Shown here: positions 47,125-56,631 of the stretch, in pieces
Layout of the letters: each line of letters starts with the position of its first letter
Position numbering within the stretch: position 1 is the stretch's first letter
Assembly: GCA_016176785.1 (NCBI GenBank)
Contig: JACOWN010000007.1
Coordinates: 6,970 to 70,969, forward strand
Direction of reading: 5' to 3'
Length of the DNA: 64,000 bases
Source: Parcubacteria group bacterium
GTDB taxonomy: Bacteria > Patescibacteriota > Minisyncoccia > Phycocordibacterales > UBA2135
Notes under the pieces: generated by a model
The model's database searches: none
Told to the model about the DNA's origin: nothing
Seen by the model: only the letters and a program-made list of their open reading frames with translations
Made by a program: the position numbers and the translations under genes

Positions 47125-48915
47125 ATGAGCGATGACGTAAAAACAGGCGCCGCGAACAACGTACCGGCGCCGGAAGGACAGTTCGCGGCGGCTTTCGCCG
47201 CCGCGAGGAGCGCGAAGGAAAGCGGTCGGCAGGTGGCGGCGAAGAAGATGCCGAGCTTCGGCCTTCCCTCTCGTGCTTTCAGGACGCAGATTGAGGAGAG
47301 GCGGAAGATGCGCGATGCGCTCATCCTCCGCGGCAAAAACCTGGTCGAAGCGGTGCTCGACCCGTTGCCTGAAGAGGTGTTTGTCCTCGTTGCGCAGCGC
47401 GACGACTTGGTCGCGCAGATGCAGAAGGAGATCGCCGAGAAGGGTCCCACGGCCCGGCTCGCTTTTGAAGGCGAGCTCAAGCAGTACGACAAGTTTCTCG
47501 AGGGATACCTCGAGGGAACCTTCGACCCCAACCTTCAGCCGCACGAGCGCGCGGCCGTGAAGGAGCGGGCGGGGGTGGCGTACATCCTCTGCCGGGCGCT
47601 CGCGCTTTCTAAAAGGGAGGCGTTCCCCGGTGACGTCATTCGGCTGCTCGAGGGCAGCATCGAGAAGAACCTGCCCGAGGACAAGTTTTCCGCCCTCGCG
47701 CTCGGCGTCGTCACCGTCGTTTCGCCCGAGGCGGAAGCCGTCATCAAGAAGAATCCGCGCCGGAGGGACACCGCCGTCGTCATTATCTTGAACAGGAAGA
47801 AGTCCTTCCTGTTCCAGAACGTCGTCGCCGGAAGGCTTGCCGTCGCGGCGGCGAAGAAGGTCCTCGCGAACCCCGACATCCAGGGGTTCCCGGAGACAAT
47901 CCGGGCTCTCTGGGCGCAGGCCGTCCAGCGGGCCGACGCGAAACACGCCGCGGCGGAGAGGGAGATGCGAAAGGGTCTCTCCCTCGGAGCGACCTTCCAT
48001 GATCTCATGGATCAGAAGGAGGTCGTCATCCTCCTTCGAGACCCAGGAGAGGAGGTGGGGGATCGCATTTACCGCCCGGCAGAGATCAAGGTCGCGTCGG
48101 ACGGCACGAACGTCTGGCCGGTGGACGCGGAAGGCCGCGGCGCCGGTAGCGTCCTCTCGTTCGTGAAGAGGGGGATCAGAATTCCCCAGAAGTACTTCGG
48201 CGACTCCTTCCTCAAGGGGGGCGGGCAGCGGCCCGACCTCGCCGGGGCTGAGTTCGCCTTCTGGGCGACGGTGAGACGAGCGATCCAAAACGAAGCAAAC
48301 CTCGCCACGCTCAAGGCCGAGAGCGTGGCGAAGTTCGAGGCGGAGCTCACCGAAGCCGCCTTGCGTGGCAAAAGCCACGCCGCCGAGAAGGGGATTGCCT
48401 ACCTCTCCGAGGCGGAATTTCAGAGCGGCCGCGACGGTGTCGCGGCGGTCTACGTCACGGGGGCGTGGTACGACAAGGAGCGGGATATCAAGGTTTACTA
48501 TCCCGTCATCGTCGTATCTCGCCACGGCGGCAAGGAAGGGCAGAAAAAGATCACTCTCGTTGCCACGATCGGCAACGCAAGCAAGATCTTCGAGGGCTCT
48601 TCCGTCTGCGTCGGCGGAGAGTACTACGAGAGCGACGCCGGACGCGCACAGCCCTACAGCGGCTGCGCATGGCCGCTGAGATCCGTTCTTTGGCTCCACT
48701 CTTCGCAGTTGTCGAAGAGGATGAAGAAAGGAACGGATGAGGAGGTGGAAGCGTCGTCTGCCAGTCCCGCGCCTTCGTCCGACGCGCTCACGACGAGCGG
48801 CACAGACGGCAAGACCCTTGCCGCGGGCAACCCTACTCCCTTCAGTTGCCCGAAGTGCAACTTCATCGCAAAGAACAAGGGCGGGCTTACCGCCCACATG
48901 AAGAAGCACGAGTAG
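47125..48915 (+). CDS. Large hypothetical protein with C-terminal C2H2-type zinc finger
   Basis: ~596 aa, strong codon bias, ends FSCPKCNFIAKNKGGLTAHMKKHE; alternative start 47113. Confidence 0.8.
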   Translation: MSDDVKTGAANNVPAPEGQFAAAFAAARSAKESGRQVAAKKMPSFGLPSRAFRTQIEERRKMRDALILRGKNLVEAVLDPLPEEVFVLVAQRDDLVAQMQKEIAEKGPTARLAFEGELKQYDKFLEGYLEGTFDPNLQPHERAAVKERAGVAYILCRALALSKREAFPGDVIRLLEGSIEKNLPEDKFSALALGVVTVVSPEAEAVIKKNPRRRDTAVVIILNRKKSFLFQNVVAGRLAVAAAKKVLANPDIQGFPETIRALWAQAVQRADAKHAAAEREMRKGLSLGATFHDLMDQKEVVILLRDPGEEVGDRIYRPAEIKVASDGTNVWPVDAEGRGAGSVLSFVKRGIRIPQKYFGDSFLKGGGQRPDLAGAEFAFWATVRRAIQNEANLATLKAESVAKFEAELTEAALRGKSHAAEKGIAYLSEAEFQSGRDGVAAVYVTGAWYDKERDIKVYYPVIVVSRHGGKEGQKKITLVATIGNASKIFEGSSVCVGGEYYESDAGRAQPYSGCAWPLRSVLWLHSSQLSKRMKKGTDEEVEASSASPAPSSDALTTSGTDGKTLAAGNPTPFSCPKCNFIAKNKGGLTAHMKKHE

Positions 48916-48950
48916 CCCCCAATCTAAAACTTCCGTAATTTGTTTCGGAA

Positions 48951-48985
48951 ACCCGCTATGCGCAATGCATGGCGGGTATTTTTTT
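48951..48985 (+). terminator. Rho-independent terminator
   Basis: ACCCGCTATGC..GCATGGCGGGT followed by T run. Confidence 0.75.
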
Positions 48986-48993
48986 GCCCCACC

Positions 48994-49023
48994 TGTGGAT
49001 AACCAAGCCCAAGGACGGTCCTT
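48994..49023. promoter_or_regulatory. DnaA box plus AAGGACGGTCCTT palindrome upstream of mraY
   Basis: TGTGGATAA 48994; palindrome 49011-49023. Confidence 0.7.
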
Positions 49024-49080
49024 TTTGGGCCTTATTTTGCGCACTTTGAGCGGCAAAAAAAACGTGTTATATTCAAACCA

Positions 49081-50139
49081 ATGGAAGTCCTCTCCGTTGT
49101 CAAAGTATTTGTGCCAGCGACAGCCGCTTTTTTTGTTGGCATTGTTCTCACGCCGTTTCTCACGCATTTTCTTTACAAACATAAATTGTGGCGCAAGGAA
49201 GCGAAACAGACGACGATCAGTGGCGCGGAAGCCGCGGTAACCCGTTCTCTCGGCAGTCAGCAAAATGAAACAAAAGTTCCTCGCATGGGCGGTATCGTCA
49301 TTTGGGCATCGGTGCTGCTGACGACGCTCGGATTCTGGCTTTTCAAAGATCTCTTCCCTTCCACGCTCACGGAGAAATTGAACTTTTTAAGCAGGAACCA
49401 GACATGGCTCCCTCTTTTTACGCTTGGCGCAGCGTCGCTTGCCGGATTGCTTGATGACGCGCTCGTCGTCTCCGGAAGGGGGCGCTACGCGAGCGGCGGA
49501 TTGCCGCTTCATGTTCGCATCCTTATCGTGCTCGCGATCGGCGCTCTCGGCGGGTGGTGGTTTTTTACCAAATTGGGAGTGAACGCGGTCGCGGTCCCGT
49601 TCGCGGGAGAGATTTTCCTCGGTCTTCTGTTCGTGCCGTTTTTCATGCTCGTGATGCTCGCGCTTTTTTCCGGAAGCGTCATTGACGGCATTGACGGGCT
49701 TGCCGGCGGCATCATGGCGATTATTTTCGCCGCGTACAGCATCATCGCTTTTTTCCAGGATCAGATTGACATCGCCGCTTTTTCCGCCGTCGTTACGGGA
49801 GGACTTCTCGCGTTTTTGTGGTTTAATATCCCCCCCGCGCGGTTTTACATGTCGGAAACCGGCATGCTCGGGCTTACGACCTCGCTCACCGTCATCGCAT
49901 TTTTAACCGACGCGGTCTTTGTGTTGCCGCTCATTGCGTTTCCGCTTGTGGCGGCTTCCGGCTCCGTTATCGTTCAGCTTCTTTCCAAAAAATTCTTCGG
50001 CGTAAAGGTTTTCCGCGCGGCTCCCTTGCACCATCACTTTGAAGCGATCGGCTGGCCTTCATACAAAGTAACCATGCGGTTCTGGGTTCTGGGTGCTATT
50101 TTCGCGCTTCTGGGCGTCGTCGTGGCGCTTGTCGGATAA
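49081..50139 (+). CDS. mraY: Phospho-N-acetylmuramoyl-pentapeptide transferase
   Basis: P.MGG, LDD, DGIDGLA, FLWFN..PA, APLHHHFE..GW. Confidence 0.95.
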   Translation: MEVLSVVKVFVPATAAFFVGIVLTPFLTHFLYKHKLWRKEAKQTTISGAEAAVTRSLGSQQNETKVPRMGGIVIWASVLLTTLGFWLFKDLFPSTLTEKLNFLSRNQTWLPLFTLGAASLAGLLDDALVVSGRGRYASGGLPLHVRILIVLAIGALGGWWFFTKLGVNAVAVPFAGEIFLGLLFVPFFMLVMLALFSGSVIDGIDGLAGGIMAIIFAAYSIIAFFQDQIDIAAFSAVVTGGLLAFLWFNIPPARFYMSETGMLGLTTSLTVIAFLTDAVFVLPLIAFPLVAASGSVIVQLLSKKFFGVKVFRAAPLHHHFEAIGWPSYKVTMRFWVLGAIFALLGVVVALVG

Positions 50140-50145
50140 TGTTTT

Positions 50146-51237
50146 ATGCAACGGCATTTTGACACATGGTTCCTCGTCTTGGTCATCGCGCTTGTCGTCG
50201 GTGGCTTTTTTGTTTTTCTTTCCGCGTCGCTCGGGCTTCTTGCGCGCAGCGACGCCGTTTTTTCCGGCATCATCATAAATCAGATCGTGAGCCTCACTCT
50301 GGGCGTCGGCGTCCTTGTTCTCATGGCGCGCATCCCGTATCGTTTTTTGAAACCTGCCGCGTTTTATATTTTTCTTCTGGCGATCGGTGCGACGGCGCTT
50401 GTTTTCATCCCTTCATTAGGATTGGCGTACGGCGGCGCGCAACGCTGGCTTGCGGTCGGCCCGTTCACGTTTCAGCCGGCTGAGTTCTTGAAACTGGGAT
50501 TTGTGTTGTACTTTGCCGCGTGGCTTTCCGCAATGCGTATGCGCGTTCATTCGCTCTGGTACGGCATTGTACCGTTCGCTGCGATCATTGGCGTTGTCGG
50601 GGTTCTTCTTTTGGCGCAGCCGGACACCAGCACCTTCGTCATCGTCATTGGAACAGGCCTCGGCATGTTCCTTGCCAGCGGCGCGCGCTGGCGGCACATC
50701 CTCGCTCTCTCCGGAGCGGCTTTCGCGGGACTCGGCGGCGTCGCGTTCTGGAAACCGTATATCCAACAGCGCATCATTACTTTTTTTGACCCCTCGTTTG
50801 ACCCCCTTGGCGCGGGTTATCAGATCCAGCAGTCGCTCATCGCCATCGGTTCGGGCCAGCTGTGGGGCAGGGGGTTTGGCCAAAGCGTCCAGAAATTCGG
50901 TTTTCTTCCCGAACCGGTCGGCGACTCCATTTTCGCCGTCTTTGCCGAGGAATTCGGTTTTTTCGGAAGCGCAGCGCTCGTCACGCTCTTCGTGCTCTTT
51001 GCGTTTCGCGGTTTTTCCATAGCGGCGCGCGCCCCCGATTATTTTGCTCGACTGACGGTCGTCGGACTTGTTATACTCATTGTAGGGCAAGCGTTCCTGA
51101 ATATCGGCGCCATGCTCGCCGTTTTTCCGCTGACCGGTTTGCCTCTGCCGTTCGTTTCTCACGGCGGCTCCGCGCTCCTTTTGACGCTTGCTGAAGCGGG
51201 GATCATACTGAACATTTCACGGTACGTTAAAACGTAG
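50146..51237 (+). CDS. ftsW: SEDS peptidoglycan polymerase FtsW
   Basis: GA.RW, QPAEF.K, QPD, GYQ..QS, LPF.S.GGS; between mraY and murG. Confidence 0.92.
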   Translation: MQRHFDTWFLVLVIALVVGGFFVFLSASLGLLARSDAVFSGIIINQIVSLTLGVGVLVLMARIPYRFLKPAAFYIFLLAIGATALVFIPSLGLAYGGAQRWLAVGPFTFQPAEFLKLGFVLYFAAWLSAMRMRVHSLWYGIVPFAAIIGVVGVLLLAQPDTSTFVIVIGTGLGMFLASGARWRHILALSGAAFAGLGGVAFWKPYIQQRIITFFDPSFDPLGAGYQIQQSLIAIGSGQLWGRGFGQSVQKFGFLPEPVGDSIFAVFAEEFGFFGSAALVTLFVLFAFRGFSIAARAPDYFARLTVVGLVILIVGQAFLNIGAMLAVFPLTGLPLPFVSHGGSALLLTLAEAGIILNISRYVKT

Positions 51238-51317
51238 TGGTCCTTTGGCGGTGCCGCGGGCAAACGGCGATACGCGCGGCGCGCATCATTCCCTATCAAA
51301 ATTTACAGCAAAAATCC

Positions 51318-52445
51318 ATGAAAATTTTATTGACTGGCGGCGGTTCCGCCGGACATTTCTACCCGCTGATCGCCATCGCCGATGCGGTGCGGCGTATTGC
51401 CGAAAAAGAAAAACTTGTTAAACCGGAGTTGTATTATCTTTCAACGTCGCCTTACGACGAGCGCGTTTTGTTTGACAACGACATCGTTTTTAAGCGTGTC
51501 TTTGCCGGTAAAATGCGCCGCTATTTTTCCCTTTTAAATCTCATTGATATTTTTCCGATGACGCTCGGCCTCGTGAAGGCCTTGTGGAGCGTTTATTTCG
51601 TGTATCCTGACGTGGTGGTGAGCAAGGGCGGCTATGCGAGCATTCCCGCCGTGTTTGCGGCGCGTCTTCTCAACATTCCGGTCATCATCCACGAGTCGGA
51701 TGCCGTTCCCGGCCGCGCAAACCGTTGGGCGGCGCGCTTCGCGGTCCGCATCGCGCTTTCGTGGCCTGAAGCCCAAGCGTTTTTTCCTGCGGAAAAAACG
51801 GCGGTCACCGGTCAGCCGGTACGCGAAGAAATCAAAATTCCTTCGGAACGCGGCGCGCGGGAATATCTGCATCTTGAAGAGGAAGCGCCGGTCGTGCTGG
51901 TGCTCGGCGGCTCCCAAGGAGCGGAGCGCATCAATCAGACGATCCTTGACAGCGTGGCGGATCTCGTGGAGCGTTTCCAAATAATCCATCAAGTTGGCGT
52001 GAAAAACCTGCCCGCCCTTGAACAACTGCGCAAAGCGATCCTCGGCGGGAACGTGCACAAAGAACGGTATCATCCTTTCGGATATTTGAATGCGCTCGCT
52101 TTGCGGATGTCGGCGGGCGCCGCTGACCTCGTCGTGTCCCGCGCCGGTTCCACGATCTTTGAGATCGCCGCATGGGGGCGGCCGAGCATCATCATCCCTC
52201 TTACGGATTCAAACGGCGATCACCAGCGGCGCAACGCATTCAATTACGCGCGCTCCGGCGCCTGCATCGTCATTGAGGAAAAAAACCTGACCCCGCACGT
52301 GCTTTTGGCGGAGATACAACGGCTCATGGACCACCGCGAAGAACGCGAACGCATGGCAGAAGCGGCAAAAAGTTTTTTTGTTCCCGGTGCGGCGGAAAAA
52401 ATAGCGCAGGAGGCGATCACTATAGCGCTCAAGCACGAACGATAA
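51318..52445 (+). CDS. murG: MurG GlcNAc transferase
   Basis: GGGSAGH.YP, GGY, HESD..PG.AN, GGSQGA, HQ..NA. Confidence 0.95.
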   Translation: MKILLTGGGSAGHFYPLIAIADAVRRIAEKEKLVKPELYYLSTSPYDERVLFDNDIVFKRVFAGKMRRYFSLLNLIDIFPMTLGLVKALWSVYFVYPDVVVSKGGYASIPAVFAARLLNIPVIIHESDAVPGRANRWAARFAVRIALSWPEAQAFFPAEKTAVTGQPVREEIKIPSERGAREYLHLEEEAPVVLVLGGSQGAERINQTILDSVADLVERFQIIHQVGVKNLPALEQLRKAILGGNVHKERYHPFGYLNALALRMSAGAADLVVSRAGSTIFEIAAWGRPSIIIPLTDSNGDHQRRNAFNYARSGACIVIEEKNLTPHVLLAEIQRLMDHREERERMAEAAKSFFVPGAAEKIAQEAITIALKHER

Positions 52446-52481
52446 TATGCGAAGCCGCCGATCGCTCTTGGTTCTTGACCC

Positions 52482-53846
52482 ATGATTTCTGACTCCAAAA
52501 AAATCGTAACCCGTTTCGCTCCTTCTCCGACCGGCCCTTTTCATGTGGGAGCGGCGCGCACGGCGCTTTTTAATTTTTTGTTCACGCGGCATCACGGCGG
52601 CGTTTTCATCCTTCGCATTGAAGACACCGACAGTGCGCGTTCAAAAAAAGAATACGAAGAAGACATACTGCGCGGTCTTTCGTGGCTTGGCATCGCATAC
52701 GACGAGCTGCATCGGCAATCGGAACGAACCGCGGAATATCGCGGATCGATAGAGCGTCTGCTTCGCGACGGGACGGCGTATGTTTCCGCGGAGGAACGGG
52801 ACGGCGCGACAAGCGATGTCATCCGGTTCAGGAACCCCAACCAGCCGGTCACCTTTAACGATGCCGTGCGCGGCGAAATTACCTTTGATACGACCGAGCT
52901 CAAGGACTTTGTGATCGCCCGCTCCGTTGAGGAACCTCTCTACAACCTCGCAGTCGTCATTGATGACGGCGCAATGCGGGTAACCCACGTCATTCGCGGG
53001 GAAGACCATATCTCCAATACGCCGCGTCAAATTTTATTGCAGCGGGCGCTTGGACTGCCGCAGCCAATCTACGTCCACATTCCGCTCGTGCTTGCTCCCG
53101 ACCGCAGCAAACTCTCAAAACGGCACGGGGCAACGTCGGTATCCGAGTATCGCGATGCGGGATATCTGCCCGAAGCATTGGTCAACTTTCTTGCGCTTCT
53201 CGGCTGGTCTCCGCAGGAAGGGGCGGGGGACGAAGCCGCGGAAATCATGTCGCTCGGGGAACTCATTGCGCACTTTGATATTGACAAAATACAGAAAAGT
53301 GGTGCAATTTTTAATCTTGAAAAACTGCAATGGATGAATCGCCAGCACATTAGACGGCTGCCGCAGGAAAAACTTGAGCAGTATGTCGCGTCGTTTATGC
53401 CGCCTGACGTTGCGTCGTTGCCGCAATACGATCCGCCGCGCCTTGCGCGCGCCGCTTCGCTCATTGCCGAACGGCTCAAAACATTCGGCGACATCCGCAC
53501 GATGGCCGATGCGGGGGAACTCACGTTCTTTTTCGCGGCGCCGCCGTACCCCGAGCCGCACAAGCTTGCGTGGCGTACGGCTTCGCGCGAAGAGACGGTA
53601 CGCCACCTTGAGGAAGCGGCGGCGCTCCTTAAAAATGTTGCCGATCGCGATTTCATTGCGCGAACGATCACCGCCGTTCTTATGCCGTACGCCGAAGAAC
53701 ACGGCCGCGGCAACGTCCTGTGGCCTGTGCGGTACGCGCTTTCCGGAAAGGATCGGTCGCCGGACCCGTTTACTCTCGCCGCGGCTCTCGGCAAGGAGGA
53801 AACGCTCGCGCGGCTTTCTCTAGCCCGCGAGGCGCTCCAGAAGTAA
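52482..53846 (+). CDS. gltX: Glutamyl-tRNA synthetase
   Basis: RFAPSPTG, RIEDTD, RGEDH, KLSKR. Confidence 0.96.
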   Translation: MISDSKKIVTRFAPSPTGPFHVGAARTALFNFLFTRHHGGVFILRIEDTDSARSKKEYEEDILRGLSWLGIAYDELHRQSERTAEYRGSIERLLRDGTAYVSAEERDGATSDVIRFRNPNQPVTFNDAVRGEITFDTTELKDFVIARSVEEPLYNLAVVIDDGAMRVTHVIRGEDHISNTPRQILLQRALGLPQPIYVHIPLVLAPDRSKLSKRHGATSVSEYRDAGYLPEALVNFLALLGWSPQEGAGDEAAEIMSLGELIAHFDIDKIQKSGAIFNLEKLQWMNRQHIRRLPQEKLEQYVASFMPPDVASLPQYDPPRLARAASLIAERLKTFGDIRTMADAGELTFFFAAPPYPEPHKLAWRTASREETVRHLEEAAALLKNVADRDFIARTITAVLMPYAEEHGRGNVLWPVRYALSGKDRSPDPFTLAAALGKEETLARLSLAREALQK

Positions 53847-53849
53847 TGT

Positions 53850-55196
53850 ATGTTTTCTGTGGATAACCTGTGGAAAAACCCGAAAAGGACCGTCCTTTTT
53901 GCCGGGGTTGCCGCGCTCGCGTTTTTGGGATACTTGGGATATGCGCCAGGAAATGCGCCGGCGGTCTTTTCTGCGGGGCTTATTGATGAGTTGCGTTCAA
54001 AGATACAGGAACGGAACAGCGAAATTGAGAAATTGGAGCAGGAAATCAAACGCTACGAAACGGAAATCACCACCATCAACAAAGCAACGCGGACGCTAAC
54101 GTCAACGGTTGCCGAAATAACGACAACGGAACGGAAACTTCGCACGGACATTACGCTTACGGAGCGAAAAATCAACACCGCCGCGCTTACGATACAAGCG
54201 CTCTCCGATGAGATCGCCGACAAAGAAGCGCGCATCAAAACCAACACCGCCGCGATCGGCGAGATCGTGCGGCGGATGCATGAACTGGAGTCGCGCTCGC
54301 TCATAGAAATATTTCTTTCCCGCGACACGTTTTCAAGTTTCTGGGACATTGTGGAAAATCTCGGGCGTCTTGAAAAAGGGGTTGCGGCAAACGTTGCCGA
54401 GCTTGAGTTTCTGAAGGAAGGATTTCTTACGGCGCGTTCCGAACGCGAGGCGGAAAAAACGCGGCAGACAAAACTCCGCAACCAACTCGCGGACCAAAAG
54501 GAACTTGTGGCGGCGAGCCGCGCACAGCAGGAAAAGCTCTTGCGCGAAACCAAAAACAAAGAAACGCTTTACCAAAATCTTCTTGAGGAACGCCTCGCGC
54601 GCAAAGAAGCGCTTGAGTCCGAGATCGCGGCGTTTGAAGACCAGCTGCGCGTTGAAATTGACCCGTCCAGTTTGCCGCCGACGGGGATGGGGGGCGTGCT
54701 TTCATGGCCGCTCGCAAGCGTTACCGTCACGCAGTATTTCGGCAACACGCCGTTCGCGAGCAAAAATCCACAGATCTATAACGGCGGCGGGCACAACGGC
54801 ATAGACCTGCGCGCTTCCGTAGGAACGCCCGTTTTGGCGGCGGCAAACGGCATCGTGGTGGACACGGGCGACACCGACACTGGCTGTTACGGCGCTTCTT
54901 ACGGCAAATGGGTACTGGTGAAGCACTACAACAACCTCGCGACCTTGTATGCGCACCTCTCGCTTATTCGCGTCGCGGCGGGGGAAGAAGTCAGGACCGG
55001 CGACTTGGTCGGATACAGCGGCAACACCGGATATTCAACGGGGCCGCACCTTCACTTTTCCGTGTATGCCGCTTCGGCGGTCCGCGTTACGGACGCATAC
55101 AAAAGCAAAGTATGCAAAACGAACCTCAAACTCCCGCTCTCGCCGCGAAACGGATACCTCAATCCGCTGTCGTATCTGCCGGCACTTGATAATTAG
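53850..55196 (+). CDS. Coiled-coil M23 peptidoglycan endopeptidase
   Basis: HNGID, YAHL, STGPHLHF; N-terminal coiled coil. Confidence 0.92.
   Translation: MFSVDNLWKNPKRTVLFAGVAALAFLGYLGYAPGNAPAVFSAGLIDELRSKIQERNSEIEKLEQEIKRYETEITTINKATRTLTSTVAEITTTERKLRTDITLTERKINTAALTIQALSDEIADKEARIKTNTAAIGEIVRRMHELESRSLIEIFLSRDTFSSFWDIVENLGRLEKGVAANVAELEFLKEGFLTARSEREAEKTRQTKLRNQLADQKELVAASRAQQEKLLRETKNKETLYQNLLEERLARKEALESEIAAFEDQLRVEIDPSSLPPTGMGGVLSWPLASVTVTQYFGNTPFASKNPQIYNGGGHNGIDLRASVGTPVLAAANGIVVDTGDTDTGCYGASYGKWVLVKHYNNLATLYAHLSLIRVAAGEEVRTGDLVGYSGNTGYSTGPHLHFSVYAASAVRVTDAYKSKVCKTNLKLPLSPRNGYLNPLSYLPALDN
53858..53899. promoter_or_regulatory. DnaA box(es) plus AAAAGGACCGTCCTTTT palindrome in the first codons of the M23 gene
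   Basis: TGTGGATAA 53858, TGTGGAAAA 53869, palindrome 53883-53899. Confidence 0.7.
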
Positions 55197-55221
55197 TCGG
55201 GATTTGTCAATAATTAAAATA

Positions 55222-55536
55222 ATGCGCACGCTCCATTACCAAAAACAATCCGGTCTGGTAAAACTTATCCTTCTCGTCATTTTTGTTATTTTGGTTCTTT
55301 CCTATTTCAGCATTGACGTTCGGGGGATAGTAGAGTCGGAACAATCGCAGAAGAATTTTACCTATGTCTGGGGATGGGTTGTGTTTGTGTGGGACAGATA
55401 TCTCGGCGAACCGGTGCGGTATGTATGGAACAACATCGTGGTGAATCTATTGTGGGAAAGTTTTGTGAGCAACCTTGAACGCATCAAAAGGGGAGCGCCG
55501 AACGATTTTGAGCTCATGGCGCCGCAGGCGCCGTGA
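55222..55536 (+). CDS. Small membrane protein with prepilin-like N-terminus
   Basis: MRTLHYQKQSG-LVKLILLVIFVILVLSYF; 104 aa. Confidence 0.72.
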   Translation: MRTLHYQKQSGLVKLILLVIFVILVLSYFSIDVRGIVESEQSQKNFTYVWGWVVFVWDRYLGEPVRYVWNNIVVNLLWESFVSNLERIKRGAPNDFELMAPQAP

Positions 55537-55643
55537 GAACCGCGCCCTCGGGGGAGAGGGCGCGGTTTCCTTCTCCACTTTGTATAGTGCAGTCAAGATA
55601 TATTGTGCGACATTATAAGGATGCCGCGAAGCGCAGTTTCTCC

Positions 55644-55883
55644 CTACTCCCCTCTGCCCAAGAAGTGAACGATGCGCCGCAGGTACGGCGCGTATTTTGG
55701 GTACCGGTCTGTGCATTTCTCAATCCCCGTTCGCACCCATCGGTACTCAAACGATAAGAGGTAAAAACCGATCACAATGAACAAAAATCCCTGCAAAAAC
55801 GGCAAAACGATGCCGGTGATGCCGACAATAATCAAAAAACCTCCCGCGATCGTAATGAGCCCCCTTCGTATACTCCCCCTCAT
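55644..55883 (-). CDS. Small membrane protein (PGPGW/DUF454-like)
   Basis: G..GIVLPFLQG.LF..IG..LLS. Confidence 0.75.
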   Translation of the reverse strand: MRGSIRRGLITIAGGFLIIVGITGIVLPFLQGFLFIVIGFYLLSFEYRWVRTGIEKCTDRYPKYAPYLRRIVHFLGRGE

Positions 55884-55906
55884 ACTGTTTGCATAAATCA
55901 CGCGTC

Positions 55907-56299
55907 CTATTTCCCGTTAAGCCCCGGACAGTTGCTTGCCGGTTCGTAGCCGGCGGCGCGCGCTTCTTCTTCCGAGGCGAACCATAGTTTATTTGCTTCG
56001 CTTATTTGTGACGCCCCCGGGCACCACGGAAAGTGATACTTGCTCCCCTTCGCCGACGCGATGAATTGGCCCGCCGCCGCGGTTGGAAGCGCGCGTTCTG
56101 TCGGCGCAGTGCGTTCCCCTCCCTCTGCGGCTGCCCCGACAATGCGTATCGGCTCTTTCGCTTCAAATATTTTTGACAGGCGACCGAGGCCGAATCCCCC
56201 GAAGCCGACGAGGATAATGAGCGCGACAATGAACAAATCCTCTCGCCCGCTGAGCTTTTTAAGCGCACCCTTGCATTTTTCAGAAAAAACTTGTAACAT
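55907..56299 (-). CDS. Membrane-anchored protein with Ada-like metal-binding C-terminus
   Basis: TM, then ASAKGSKYH.PWC...F.S.EEA..AGY.P..NC. Confidence 0.8.
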   Translation of the reverse strand: MLQVFSEKCKGALKKLSGREDLFIVALIILVGFGGFGLGRLSKIFEAKEPIRIVGAAAEGGERTAPTERALPTAAAGQFIASAKGSKYHFPWCPGASQISEANKLWFASEEEARAAGYEPASNCPGLNGK

Positions 56300-56330
56300 G
56301 CTTACACGCTTACATTTATAAATTTTCGTT

Positions 56331-56618
56331 ATGGCACACAAAAAAGCCGGAGGAACAGTCAAAAACCTGCGCGATTCAAACCCGAAATATCTCGGCACGA
56401 AAAAGTACGACGGCGAGACGGTAAAAAGGGGCTTTATTCTCGTGCGTCAGCGCGGCACCAAGATCCAGGCGGGCAGAAATGTTCGCCGCGGCAAGGATTA
56501 TACCCTCTTTGCGGCGATTGACGGCACGGTGCGTTTCAGGACGATCCGGAAAAAAGCATACACGGGGCACGTGCGTGCCCGCAAAGAAATTTCCGTGATG
56601 CCTGCGGGCACGAAGTGA
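56331..56618 (+). CDS. rpmA: 50S ribosomal protein L27
   Basis: [22 protein letters not shown]. Confidence 0.96.
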   Translation: MAHKKAGGTVKNLRDSNPKYLGTKKYDGETVKRGFILVRQRGTKIQAGRNVRRGKDYTLFAAIDGTVRFRTIRKKAYTGHVRARKEISVMPAGTK

Positions 56619-56631
56619 GTGAACGAACCGG

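Noticed and set aside
47107-49263. 718-aa minus-strand ORF
   Set aside because: Antisense shadow of the codon-biased plus-strand gene; overlaps mraY; no protein-like motifs.
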